This document shows positions 48,901 through 60,735 of a stretch of DNA of 64,000 nucleotides, piece by piece. Within the stretch, counting starts at the first letter, position 1. Each line of letters begins with the position of its first letter. The stretch spans positions 175,049 to 239,048 of the forward strand of contig CAYJMD010000001.1 of assembly GCA_964371585.1 (NCBI GenBank), given 5' to 3'. Position numbers and translations under genes: made by a program. This DNA comes from an uncultured Clostridiaceae bacterium. Its GTDB lineage: Bacteria; Bacillota; Clostridia; TANB77; CAG-465. The notes under the pieces are model-generated. The model made no database searches and was not told the origin of the DNA. It was given only the letters and a program-made list of their open reading frames with translations.

Positions 48901-49509
48901 ATGGATCTAAAAATTAACAATGGAGATGTTTTTGATACATCATTACTACTTAACCCAAACTTTGATTATAATCTTTTAATGGATAAGAAAATAATTATAT
49001 GTAGCTTAGTATTTGAGCAGATGGTAATAGAAAAAAAGCAAAAGCAAGCTAAAATATTTTTTGACTATATTGTTGAGAAAAAGTTTGAAATAGTATCGTA
49101 TGATGAAGAAGATATTGAATATTTTGAATATGAGGATAAAGCAGACTTTCAAATTTTAGATGTTGCAAGAAAAGAGAATGTTACAATTCATACTTCTGAT
49201 AAAATACTAGCTGCTAGAGCTATAGCTGGCGGTATAAAAGTAGAATATTATAAACAACCACAGCAAGATAATGAAAAGAAAGAATCGATATCAAAACGTT
49301 CTATTATTGCTTCAATTAGTAAAAATTTAAATTTGAAACCTAATCAGCTATTTCTTAGAGAAGCTTCTCTAGATACTCTATGTGATAGGGATATAAGACA
49401 AGGTGACAAACTTACTACAGTTAATAATAAAATATATTTAGTTAAACGCTTACAACCACTTGTAGTAGTTGCACAAAAAAATAGTAAAAGAAACAGTAAA
49501 AAAAATTAA
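48901..49509 (+). CDS. PIN-like domain protein with a C-terminal extension
   Basis: The module is VFDTS...VFEQM...EDKADFQILDVA...HTSDKILAARA. A C-terminal region of about 80 aa ends in a basic tail. Confidence 0.55.
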   Translation: MDLKINNGDVFDTSLLLNPNFDYNLLMDKKIIICSLVFEQMVIEKKQKQAKIFFDYIVEKKFEIVSYDEEDIEYFEYEDKADFQILDVARKENVTIHTSDKILAARAIAGGIKVEYYKQPQQDNEKKESISKRSIIASISKNLNLKPNQLFLREASLDTLCDRDIRQGDKLTTVNNKIYLVKRLQPLVVVAQKNSKRNSKKN

Positions 49510-49524
49510 AATTTGAAATTATTA

Positions 49525-49551
49525 AACCTCTTAAAATTTAAGAGGTTTTTT
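49525..49551 (+). terminator. Intrinsic terminator after PIN-like gene 2
   Basis: Hairpin AACCTCTTAAA a TTTAAGAGGTT is followed by a T-run. Confidence 0.8.
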
Positions 49552-49614
49552 CATGTATTTAAGTATTTATACATTAGTAAAAGTTACCATAAGTATTAAA
49601 ATGAATAAAGACTA

Positions 49615-49643
49615 TTGAAAAACACTTGTTCACATGATATAAT
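49615..49643 (+). promoter_or_regulatory. uvrA promoter with an embedded LexA (SOS) box candidate
   Basis: TTGAAA (49615-49620), a 17-nt spacer, then TATAAT (49638-49643). The spacer contains AAACACTTGTTC (49620-49631), whose reverse complement is GAAC-AAGT-GTTT. Confidence 0.6.
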
Positions 49644-49663
49644 AAAAGCATAAGGTGATAAAA

Positions 49664-52495
49664 ATGTTAGATAAAATAATAGTAAAAGGTGCTAAAGAGC
49701 ATAATTTAAAAAATATTAATCTTGAAATTCCAAGAGATAAGCTTGTTGTCTTTACAGGACTTTCTGGTAGTGGTAAATCTTCACTTGCTTTTGATACTAT
49801 ATATGCAGAAGGACAAAGAAGATATGTTGAATCATTATCAGCCTATGCAAGACAATTTTTAGGTTTAATGGAAAAGCCAGATGTTGAATATATAGAGGGA
49901 CTTTCTCCAGCTATTTCTATAGATCAAAAAACTACTTCTAAAAATCCAAGATCTACGGTTGGAACAGTAACTGAAATTTATGATTATTTAAGACTTCTTT
50001 ATGCAAGAATTGGAGTTCCACATTGTCCAAATTGTGGTAAAAGAATTAAAAAGCAAACTGTTGATGAAATAGTAGAACAAGTAATGTCTTTAGAAAATGG
50101 AAAAAAAATATTAGTTCTTGCTCCTATTGTTAGAGGTAAAAAAGGAGAGCATATTAAGCTTTTAGAAAATGCAGTTAAAGAAGGATTTGTTCGTGCTAAA
50201 GTAGATGGACAAATGATTGATTTAAGTGAATCTTTACCTGAGCTTGATAAAAAGAAAAAACATAATATAGAAATTGTTATTGATAGACTTGTTATTAAAG
50301 ATGAAATATCTTTACGACTTACAGAAGCTATAGAGCTTTCACTAGCTCAGGCAAACAATCTAGTGGTTATAGAAGAGCTTGAAGGTAAACAAACATTATT
50401 TAGTTGCAATTATGCTTGTCCAGATTGCTCTATCAGCATTGATGAACTTACTCCTCGTATGTTTTCTTTTAATACACCATATGGTGCATGCCCTTCTTGT
50501 ACTGGTCTTGGTGAACTACTTAGAATTGATGTTGATAAGATAATACCAGATAAAGAAAAAAGGTTAAATGATACTTCAGCTATTTTAGCATGGTCTTCAA
50601 GTACTATGGATAGCATAAGTAATATGTATATTGAAGGTTTATGTAATCACTACAGTGTTAAACCAAATACTAAAATTAAAGATTTAGATCCTAAATTCTA
50701 TGATATATTATTATATGGTAGTGGTAATGAAAAAATTAACTTTAAACATATAACTAGAAGTTTAACTAGAAATTTTGAAAGTGAGTTTGAAGGTATTGTA
50801 AATTCATTAGAACGTAGATTTAGAGAGACTTCTTCACCAGGAATGAAACAGTTTTATGAAGGTTATATGACTGCAAGCAATTGTAGTACTTGTAATGGTG
50901 CAAGACTTAATAAATCTGCACTTGCTGTTACAGTAGGAAAACTTAATATAGATCAGCTTACTAAACTTAGTATTCAAGATGCTAAAACATATATTGATAA
51001 AGTATCAGATGAACTATCTGTTAAAAACAAAGCTATAGCAGAGCAAATAATAAAAGAACTAAAAAGTAGATTACAATTCTTAATTGATGTTGGACTAAAT
51101 TATTTAACTTTAGCTAGAAGTTCAGGTACATTATCTGGTGGTGAATCACAAAGGATAAGACTTGCAACTCAAATAGGTTCAGGCCTTACTGGAGTACTAT
51201 ACATTTTAGATGAACCAAGTATTGGACTTCATCAAAAAGATAATGAAAAATTAATTAAATCTCTTAAAAAAATGAGAGATTTAGGTAATACATTAATTGT
51301 AGTAGAACATGATGAAGATACTATGAATGAAGCAGATCATATAGTTGATATTGGTCCAGGAGCTGGAGTTCATGGTGGTAATATAGTATTTAGTGGAACA
51401 ATAGATGAAATTAAAAAAGATGAAAATAGTATTACAGGTAAATATTTAAGTGGTAAAATAAAGATAGAAGTTCCTAAAAAAAGAAGAAAAGCTTCTAAAT
51501 TAAATATTGAAATAAAAGGTGCTAAAGAAAATAATTTAAAAAATATTAATGTTAAATTCCCTATTGGAATCCTTACTGCAGTAACTGGTGTATCTGGTAG
51601 TGGTAAATCAACGTTAGTAAATGAAATATTATTTAAATCTGTTTCTAAAGTTATTAATAAAAATAATTTAAGACCAGGTAAATGTGATAAAGTTACGGGT
51701 ATAGAAAATATTGATAAAATAATTGATATAGATCAATCTCCTATTGGTAGAACTCCTAGATCAAATCCAGCTACATATACAGGTATGTTTGATCATATTC
51801 GTGATATATTTGCTGCAACTGAAGATGCTAAAACTAGAGGGTATGCTAAAGGAAGATTTAGCTTTAATGTGCCAGGTGGAAGATGTGAAGCTTGCTCTGG
51901 TGATGGTGTAAATAAAATAGAAATGCATTTTTTACCAGATGTTTATGTTGAATGTGAAGTTTGTAAAGGAAAAAGATATTCTAAAGAAACTTTAGAGGTT
52001 AAATATAAAGGTAAAAATATCAGTGATGTTTTAGATATGACTGTTGAAGAAGCATGTAATTTCTTTAAAAATATACCGAATATTAAAAATAAAGTTCAAA
52101 CTCTTTATGATGTTGGACTTGGATATATTAAACTTGGGCAGCCATCTACTACGCTTTCTGGTGGTGAAGCTCAAAGAGTAAAACTTGCTACAGAGCTTTC
52201 TAAAAGAGCAACAGGTAAAACATTATACATTTTAGATGAACCTACAACAGGACTACATATGGCAGATGTACATAATTTAATACATATAATTGATAGATTA
52301 ACAGATAGTGGTAATACTGTTGTTATAATAGAGCATAATCTTGATGTTATTAAGTGTGCAGATAATATAATTGATTTAGGACCTGAAGGAGGAGATAAAG
52401 GTGGAACACTTGTTGCTACTGGAACTCCAGAAAAAATAGCTTTAAATGAAAATAGTTATACAGGCCAGTTTTTAAAACCATTACTTAATAAGTAG
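49664..52495 (+). CDS. uvrA: Excinuclease ABC subunit A
   Basis: It has two ABC ATPase modules (GLSGSGKSS and GVSGSGKST), zinc-finger Cys clusters and the signatures LSGGESQR and LSGGEAQR. The ATG at 49664 follows AAGGTGA. Confidence 0.96.
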   Translation: MLDKIIVKGAKEHNLKNINLEIPRDKLVVFTGLSGSGKSSLAFDTIYAEGQRRYVESLSAYARQFLGLMEKPDVEYIEGLSPAISIDQKTTSKNPRSTVGTVTEIYDYLRLLYARIGVPHCPNCGKRIKKQTVDEIVEQVMSLENGKKILVLAPIVRGKKGEHIKLLENAVKEGFVRAKVDGQMIDLSESLPELDKKKKHNIEIVIDRLVIKDEISLRLTEAIELSLAQANNLVVIEELEGKQTLFSCNYACPDCSISIDELTPRMFSFNTPYGACPSCTGLGELLRIDVDKIIPDKEKRLNDTSAILAWSSSTMDSISNMYIEGLCNHYSVKPNTKIKDLDPKFYDILLYGSGNEKINFKHITRSLTRNFESEFEGIVNSLERRFRETSSPGMKQFYEGYMTASNCSTCNGARLNKSALAVTVGKLNIDQLTKLSIQDAKTYIDKVSDELSVKNKAIAEQIIKELKSRLQFLIDVGLNYLTLARSSGTLSGGESQRIRLATQIGSGLTGVLYILDEPSIGLHQKDNEKLIKSLKKMRDLGNTLIVVEHDEDTMNEADHIVDIGPGAGVHGGNIVFSGTIDEIKKDENSITGKYLSGKIKIEVPKKRRKASKLNIEIKGAKENNLKNINVKFPIGILTAVTGVSGSGKSTLVNEILFKSVSKVINKNNLRPGKCDKVTGIENIDKIIDIDQSPIGRTPRSNPATYTGMFDHIRDIFAATEDAKTRGYAKGRFSFNVPGGRCEACSGDGVNKIEMHFLPDVYVECEVCKGKRYSKETLEVKYKGKNISDVLDMTVEEACNFFKNIPNIKNKVQTLYDVGLGYIKLGQPSTTLSGGEAQRVKLATELSKRATGKTLYILDEPTTGLHMADVHNLIHIIDRLTDSGNTVVIIEHNLDVIKCADNIIDLGPEGGDKGGTLVATGTPEKIALNENSYTGQFLKPLLNK

Positions 52496-52732
52496 AAATA
52501 AATAGATTAAATAGTTAAATTAAGTAAATATTAAATAAAATAAATAATCCTAATTGTTATTAATGACATACCATTTGACAATTGGGATTTTTATATATAT
52601 TTAAATTTTAAAAAGTATGTATAAATTTTGTTAAAATATTTGCTTAAAAATATACATATATGATATAATAAAAAATATGAAAAATAAGCATTTAACAGGG
52701 ATTTAAGGTTAAATGTAAACTAAGGAGTACGT

Positions 52733-53743
52733 ATGATAGAAGATAGAGTTATTTCACCTGAGTTTGGAGAGTTTGATGAGGAATTTGAAGCAAAAGTTTC
52801 ACTTAGACCAACTATGCTTGAAGAATATATAGGGCAAACAAAGGTTAAAGAAAATTTAAAAATATATATTGATGCTGCTAAATCTAGAGGTGAAGCTTTA
52901 GATCATGTACTGTTATATGGTCCTCCAGGACTTGGAAAAACAACTTTAGCTAGTATTATTGCAAGTGAGATGGGTGTTAATATTAAAATAACATCTGGAC
53001 CTGCTATCACTAAAACAGGGGATCTTGCAGCTATACTAACTAATCTTCAAGAAAATGACTTACTATTTATTGATGAAATACATAGAATGAATAAGTCAGT
53101 TGAAGAAGTGCTATATCCAGCTTTGGAGGATTTTAATCTTGATATTATGATTGGTAAAGGTCCATCTGCTAGAAGTATTAGACTAGATCTTCCTAGATTT
53201 ACTTTAGTTGGAGCTACAACAAAGGCCGGAAATCTTTCATCTCCACTTAGAGATAGATTTGGAATAATACATAGACTTGATATGTATAAAGTAGAAGACT
53301 TAGCTAAAATAGTAAGTAGAAGTGCTACAATATTAAATTCAGATATAGAAAGTGAAGCTTCTTTAGAAATAGGTTCAAGAAGTAGAGGAACTCCAAGGAT
53401 AGCAAATAGACTTCTTAAGAGAGTAAGAGATTTCTCTGAAGTTAAAAATCAAACTAAAATAGATTATGATGTAACAAAAGAAGCACTAGCTAGACTTGAA
53501 ATAGATGAGCTTGGACTTGATGAAATAGATAGAATTATGCTTGAAACTTTAATAAATAAATTTGGTGGTGGCCCATGTGGTCTTGATACTTTAGCTGCTG
53601 CAATTGGTGAAGATAAAGATACTATTGAAGATGTATATGAACCATATTTAATGCAGATAGGTTTTCTAGCTAGAACTACTAGAGGTAGAATTGCAACTAA
53701 GCTTGCTTATGAACATTTAGGTTTAAAATGGGAGGAGAATTAA
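52733..53743 (+). CDS. ruvB: Holliday junction branch migration helicase RuvB
   Basis: Motifs present are [12 protein letters not shown], Walker [10 protein letters not shown], Walker B LFIDEIHR and [11 protein letters not shown]. Confidence 0.96.
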   Translation: MIEDRVISPEFGEFDEEFEAKVSLRPTMLEEYIGQTKVKENLKIYIDAAKSRGEALDHVLLYGPPGLGKTTLASIIASEMGVNIKITSGPAITKTGDLAAILTNLQENDLLFIDEIHRMNKSVEEVLYPALEDFNLDIMIGKGPSARSIRLDLPRFTLVGATTKAGNLSSPLRDRFGIIHRLDMYKVEDLAKIVSRSATILNSDIESEASLEIGSRSRGTPRIANRLLKRVRDFSEVKNQTKIDYDVTKEALARLEIDELGLDEIDRIMLETLINKFGGGPCGLDTLAAAIGEDKDTIEDVYEPYLMQIGFLARTTRGRIATKLAYEHLGLKWEEN

Positions 53744-53744
53744 T

Positions 53745-54314
53745 ATGAAAAATATTTTAATTCATACTTGCTGTGGACCTTGTTTTACAGGAATATATGA
53801 AGATATAACAGTTAAAAAAGAAATATTTGATATAAAAGAAGATGTGCAAATAACAAGCATCTATTATAATCCTAATATTCATCCAAAGTTTGAACACGAT
53901 AGAAGAAAAGATAATTTAGTTAAATTTACCTCTGAAGTAGGATGTACATTAGTTACTATAGATGGATACGATTTAAATAACTTTATAACAAATGTTATTA
54001 ATTTAGATAAAGATAAATTTACATCAAGATGTGAGTACTGTTATTACATAAGACTTAAATATACTTTTGAATATGCAAAAGAAAATGGGTTTGATAGTGT
54101 AATGACTACTCTTAGTATAAGTCCATATCAAAATCAAGATATGATAAAAAAAATAGGAAAAATGCTAGAAGAAGAGTATAGTATTAAATATTTACATTAT
54201 GATTATGTAAAAATATTTAGACATGGCCAAAAGCTTGCAAGTGATTATGAATTATATAAACAAAAATATTGTGGCTGTGTGTTTTCAATGGATAGTGGAA
54301 AGTGGGTGTATTAA
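53745..54314 (+). CDS. queH: Epoxyqueuosine reductase QueH (DUF208)
   Basis: Motifs present are HTCCGPC, CEYCY, ISPYQ and YCGC. At 189 aa it starts 1 nt after the ruvB stop. Confidence 0.8.
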   Translation: MKNILIHTCCGPCFTGIYEDITVKKEIFDIKEDVQITSIYYNPNIHPKFEHDRRKDNLVKFTSEVGCTLVTIDGYDLNNFITNVINLDKDKFTSRCEYCYYIRLKYTFEYAKENGFDSVMTTLSISPYQNQDMIKKIGKMLEEEYSIKYLHYDYVKIFRHGQKLASDYELYKQKYCGCVFSMDSGKWVY

Positions 54315-55192
54315 TGGATAAATATTCTAAAACAAAATTAAGTTTTAATAGGAAAATCAAGTATTTTATGATAGTTATAGCTATTATACTTTTAATAAGT
54401 ATTTCATATTCTTTGTTTGTTATTTTTAGTAACAATATAGTATATGAAAAAATAGATAATTCAGCAGATCATATATCAACAGATATAGCTAAAAATTCTA
54501 TTCCAATTATACTAAGTAATGTAATAGTTGGTGGCGTATATGAAAATAGATGGGTTAGCGCGGCTATGTACTATAATCATTCTACAGTTAGAGAAGATAC
54601 TAGTCTTGAAATATATACACCTGATGGTAAAGCAGGACTATTTACTTTAAAAGAACTATATCAAAATGGGACAAGCTTTGTAGGACTTACAGATTATGTA
54701 GATAAAGTTACAGAGTATTATACCCTTCCTGAAGATACGTATATGAGTAATCCGTATTCTGGAGTAATAGAGCTTACTGAAGATGAACTTATCATTTATG
54801 AAGAGTATGTTAGAAATGCACTTGGCATTTATGGGATTTTAGATAGCAGTGTAAATATTATTAGTGTATATGAAACATCTATTACTGCAGATGAAAGAAT
54901 GAGATTTTTAACAGTTATCTCTAAAGATAATGATAGTGGAGTATATTCTGCAATCATAAGTGTAGATAGTATAGGTAATTCAAAACTTGTTAAGTACAAC
55001 TATGTATACGATCTGAATAATTCAGATAAATTTAAAATATATTCACTTAAGTTTGTAACAGATTTAAATAATGATGATAAAGCTGAAATTATCATTTCTG
55101 GAACAGATGAATTTGAAACTACATATTCAGTACTAGAGTACAATAATACTGAATTTATAGAAGTGTTATCAGAAACATTTAATAATAATTAA
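54314..55192 (+). CDS. Membrane-anchored hypothetical protein
   Basis: The ATG overlaps the queH stop as TAATG. It has a single TM anchor. The C-terminus carries an FG-GAP/Ca-binding-like DLNNDDKAEIIISG. Confidence 0.6.
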   Translation: MDKYSKTKLSFNRKIKYFMIVIAIILLISISYSLFVIFSNNIVYEKIDNSADHISTDIAKNSIPIILSNVIVGGVYENRWVSAAMYYNHSTVREDTSLEIYTPDGKAGLFTLKELYQNGTSFVGLTDYVDKVTEYYTLPEDTYMSNPYSGVIELTEDELIIYEEYVRNALGIYGILDSSVNIISVYETSITADERMRFLTVISKDNDSGVYSAIISVDSIGNSKLVKYNYVYDLNNSDKFKIYSLKFVTDLNNDDKAEIIISGTDEFETTYSVLEYNNTEFIEVLSETFNNN

Positions 55193-55228
55193 AATTTAAA
55201 AGTCGTAAATTAATAGATAAAAATATGA

Positions 55229-56845
<1,617 letters not shown>

Positions 56846-56891
56846 GTTTAACTAATAAAATAATTAAGTTAACTACAATTTATATAAAAAG

Positions 56892-56923
56892 AAACAACCA
56901 CATTTTTATGTGGTTGTTTTATT
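56892..56923. terminator. Bidirectional intrinsic terminator
   Basis: Hairpin AAACAACCACA ttttta TGTGGTTGTTT lies between the convergent pyrG and LRR genes. Confidence 0.8.
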
Positions 56924-56970
56924 AGTTTGTATAATTATTTCTACTAGCCATTTATAATTATCTAAGTTAC

Positions 56971-57639
56971 TTAAATTTTTCTAGTAGTATGAGCATTATA
57001 AACTAAGTTAGTTAAATTTGTACAGTCACCAAATGCTAGCTCATCTATAATACGTACAGATTTTGGAATTACTACATTGTTTAGAAAAGTACATGAATAA
57101 AAAGCTCTTTTTGGTATATGTGTAAGGGAAGTTTCGGGTAATGTAATGCTAGTTAGCTCAAAACAAAATTCACAAACTCTTTCTCCAAGTGTAGTAACTG
57201 TATTTGGAATTACAAGCTTTTTAATGTTTCTACATCTACAAAATGCATTTTCTTCTATAGTTAAAAGTCCTTCAGGTAGTTTAATATCAGTTAAGTTAAT
57301 GCAATCTCCAAAAGCACCTCTTTCTATAATTCTTAAAGTGCTTGGTAGTGTAATGTTTTTAAGTGATGTACATTCATAAAATGCAGCTCTTGGGATTTTT
57401 TGAATTCCTTCTGGAATAGTAACATTGTCTAAAAAATTACATTTATAAAATGCAAACATACATATTTCTCTTAGAGTTGATGGAAAAGAAATGCTCCTTA
57501 AATTAGGACATGAAGCAAAAGCATATTTTTCAATAGTTGTAACGCCTTCTGGGATAATTACATCTATAACTTCATTTTGGTTTTTAAATCCTAAGTCTGT
57601 CCATTTGTAAATAGTTTTTGGTGGTTGTTTTTCGTTCAT
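56971..57639 (-). CDS. Leucine-rich repeat protein (BspA-type LRR_5 repeats) without a signal peptide
   Basis: It has about eight 23-residue repeats of the form IPEGVTTIEKYAFASCPNLRSISFPSTL / LPEGLLTIEENAFCRCRNIKKLVIPNTV. Confidence 0.8.
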   Translation of the reverse strand: MNEKQPPKTIYKWTDLGFKNQNEVIDVIIPEGVTTIEKYAFASCPNLRSISFPSTLREICMFAFYKCNFLDNVTIPEGIQKIPRAAFYECTSLKNITLPSTLRIIERGAFGDCINLTDIKLPEGLLTIEENAFCRCRNIKKLVIPNTVTTLGERVCEFCFELTSITLPETSLTHIPKRAFYSCTFLNNVVIPKSVRIIDELAFGDCTNLTNLVYNAHTTRKI

Positions 57640-57853
57640 AATAGTAATACCTCCTTAGTAATACAAAATAATATTTAGTTAATTTTTTTTGATTAACAAT
57701 AGTAATGTTAATCTTAAAATATAATTTACTAGCATATTATACCATAGTTATTTACATAAATCAACTATTTATATAAATACATTTTTTTATATAATATTAA
57801 TAATAATTATAACTATACTTGAAATTTACATAATTAAAGTGTATAATATATAT

Positions 57854-58097
57854 ATTAATGATGAAAGGACGAGTAAAGACATTACTACTGATGAGAGAGA
57901 ATTAGTTATAAGCTGAGAGCTAATTGTAAGAATAGAATGTTTTGAAAACTACCCTGGAGTTAGTAGAGAAATCTACCACTTGTATATAGTTAGTGATAAA
58001 AAAACTATTAATGTAGAGTTAAATATAGGGTGGAACCGTGCATATAAATACAATTGCACCCCTGTAGGCAAGAATATCTTGTTTACGGGGTGTTTTT
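57854..58097 (+). promoter_or_regulatory. T-box riboswitch leader (Thr specifier) of thrS
   Basis: A TTGAAA-17-TATAAT promoter lies at 57819-57847. There is a stem I AGAGA (GA motif), a candidate specifier ACU (57948-57950) followed by A, a T-box sequence AGGGTGGAACCGTG (about 58027-58040), and a terminator CACCCC...GGGGTG plus T5 ending at 58097. Confidence 0.85.
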
Positions 58098-58138
58098 GCG
58101 TGTTTTAACTATATAATATATAAGGAGAGTGATTAGTT

Positions 58139-59932
58139 ATGGTTAAATACATAAATAATGAAGGTCTAGTTTATGAAGGAGAATATGATGTAAATATAGC
58201 ACGTCATACAGCATCACATATTTTAGCTCAAGCAGTTAAAAGAATATATGGTGATGATGTAAAACTAGCAATAGGTCCAAGTACGGATAATGGATTCTAT
58301 TATGATTTTGATGGTTTAAATATTAAAACTGAAGATTTAGAAAAAATAGAAGTAGAGATTAAGAAAATATTAAAAGAGAATATTAGAGTTTCTGCAAAAA
58401 CATTAACTAAAACTGAAGCTATGGAAGAAGCTAAAAAATCTGATGAAATATATAAACTTGAAATGATAAGTGAATTTGAAGATTCAAGTGCAGTATCATA
58501 CTTTACTCAAGCTGAATTTACAGACATGTGTACAGGTCCACATATGCTATACTTAAAAGCTGTAGGTCATATAAAATTATTTAGCGTTACAGGTGCATAT
58601 TGGAGAGGATCAGAAAAAAATAAAATGCTTACTCGTATTTATGGAACTTGTTTTGAGAAAAAAGATCAGCTTGAAGCAGAAATAGTTAGAAGAGAAGAAC
58701 TAAAATACAGAGATCATAATAAATTAGGAAGAGAACTTGAAATATTTGCAACTTCAGATTACATAGGGCAAGGTCTTCCAATAATGCTTCCTAAAGGAGC
58801 TAAAATTCTTCAAATACTACAAAGATTTGTAGAAGATACAGAAGAAAAAAATGGTTGGAAGTTAACTAAAACTCCACTTATGGCTAAATCAGATTTATAC
58901 AAATTATCTGGTCACTGGGATCATTATAAAGATGGTATGTTTGTTATAGGTGATGAAGTAAATGATTCAGAAGTATTTGCTCTTAGACCTATGACTTGTC
59001 CGTTCCAATATCAAGCATATTTAAATAGAGGTAGATCATATAAAGATCTTCCACTTAGATATAATGAAACATCAACATTATTTAGAAATGAATCTTCAGG
59101 AGAGATGCATGGATTAATTAGAGTTAGACAATTTACAATATCAGAAGGTCATTTAATGTGTATGCCATCACAACTTGAAGAAGAATTTAAAAAATGTTTA
59201 GAGCTTGCTATATACATGCTGAAATCTTTAGGACTATATGAAGATGTATCATACCGTTTTTCTAAATGGGATGAAAATGATACAGAAAAATATATAGGAA
59301 CTAAACAGCAATGGGATGAAGCTCAAAATAAAATGGAATCTATACTTAAAGATTTAAAATTAGATTATGTTGAAGGTATAGGAGAAGCAGCATTTTATGG
59401 TCCTAAATTAGATATACAAATCAAAAACGTATATGGTAAAGAAGATACATTAATTACAATCCAAATAGATCAGCTGCTTGCTGAAAAGTTTTCAATGGAA
59501 TATACAGATAGTGATGGAAGTAAGAAAAATCCATATATCATACATAGAACTTCAATAGGATGTTATGAAAGAGTACTTGCACTATTAATAGAAAAATATG
59601 CAGGAGCACTTCCACTTTGGATAAGTCCAGTACAAACTAAAATATTACCTATAACAGATAATGAAGTGAGTTACGCTTTAGAAATTAAAGAAAAACTTGA
59701 AAATGTAGGAGTGCGTGTAGAAGTAGATTTAGAATATAGTAAAATAGGAGCTAAAATACGTAAAGCACAACTTGAAAAAGTTCCATACATGATAATATTA
59801 GGTAAAAATGAAGTAGAAAATGGTGTAGTTAGCATAAGAAATAGAAAAGGTGAAGATATTAAAGATTTAAGTGTAAGTGATTTAGTATCTAAACTAGTAT
59901 TAGAAAATGCTACTAAAGACTTAACAGTATAA
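58139..59932 (+). CDS. thrS: Threonine--tRNA ligase (no N-terminal TGS domain)
   Basis: It has the editing-domain motifs RHTASH and CTGPH, a class II catalytic core (FRNESSGEMHGLIRVRQFT) and an anticodon-binding domain. Only about 20 aa precede the editing domain. Confidence 0.95.
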   Translation: MVKYINNEGLVYEGEYDVNIARHTASHILAQAVKRIYGDDVKLAIGPSTDNGFYYDFDGLNIKTEDLEKIEVEIKKILKENIRVSAKTLTKTEAMEEAKKSDEIYKLEMISEFEDSSAVSYFTQAEFTDMCTGPHMLYLKAVGHIKLFSVTGAYWRGSEKNKMLTRIYGTCFEKKDQLEAEIVRREELKYRDHNKLGRELEIFATSDYIGQGLPIMLPKGAKILQILQRFVEDTEEKNGWKLTKTPLMAKSDLYKLSGHWDHYKDGMFVIGDEVNDSEVFALRPMTCPFQYQAYLNRGRSYKDLPLRYNETSTLFRNESSGEMHGLIRVRQFTISEGHLMCMPSQLEEEFKKCLELAIYMLKSLGLYEDVSYRFSKWDENDTEKYIGTKQQWDEAQNKMESILKDLKLDYVEGIGEAAFYGPKLDIQIKNVYGKEDTLITIQIDQLLAEKFSMEYTDSDGSKKNPYIIHRTSIGCYERVLALLIEKYAGALPLWISPVQTKILPITDNEVSYALEIKEKLENVGVRVEVDLEYSKIGAKIRKAQLEKVPYMIILGKNEVENGVVSIRNRKGEDIKDLSVSDLVSKLVLENATKDLTV

Positions 59933-59968
59933 TAAAATTTAAAGTAGATAAGTATTCTTATCTACTTT

Positions 59969-60632
59969 TTATATTTCTTTTTCTTCTAATTTCATAAATT
60001 TAATAGTAACATTATATTCATCACTTGTTGCAACAACTTTTATATCGTAATCAGTAGTGTTTTTAAATTTTAAATCAAGAGAATCATAATATACAGTAGC
60101 ATCTTTATCAACAGGAACATAATAAACTCTTCTACTATGTGGATGTCTTTCAATTATTTCAAAATTAGCTTCAAGAGCTGTGTTGTATATAGTACTACTT
60201 ATTTGACACATACCACCAGCAGATACTTTAATCTTATTACCATTTGCATCAAAGCCAGTAGCTTCCTTGTATCCATCTTTTTCTCCCATAGAACCTATAG
60301 TTTCATTAAAAGAAAAAGTTTCATCTTTCTTTATTATATGATTATTTAATTTTGAAATAGCAAGAGCAATATTATGAACTCTGTTTTCATCATTATCATA
60401 AATGTTTGTTGAAAAAGAAGTAAGCTCAGTTTCAACTGTAGTAGTTTGTTTTGTCTCTACTTGTCTTTGAGTATTAGTATCACTATTTGTATTATTACTA
60501 TTTTCATTTTCTTTAATTTGATTGTTGCTTAAAGTTACTGAAGAATTATATGCGTAAAAAGCAATACTTCCGTATGATAGCTACAATTATTAAAGAAGAT
60601 ATTACAACTATTATATTTTCAGAATTTTTCAT
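59969..60632 (-). pseudogene. VanW-like protein gene with a frameshift after the membrane anchor
   Basis: The VanW core is GGMCQISSTIYNTALEANFEIIERHPHS...DLKFKN. The frame stays open upstream to 60578 with no start codon. The ATG at 60632 has a GGTGA RBS and encodes the anchor MKNSENIIVVISSLIIVAII in the neighbouring frame, which stops at 60547-60549. Confidence 0.8.
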
Positions 60633-60699
60633 TTCATCACCTTATATATATTTTTTGCAGAAAAAAATAAAATAAACAAAAAATTATTTTTTAATTAAA

Positions 60700-60728
60700 T
60701 TGTAAAAAAGATTAAAGTATGGTATAAT
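60700..60728 (+). promoter_or_regulatory. Promoter of rnpB
   Basis: TTGTAA (60700-60705), a 17-nt spacer, then TGGTATAAT with TATAAT at 60723-60728. Confidence 0.6.
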
Positions 60729-60735
60729 ATATACT

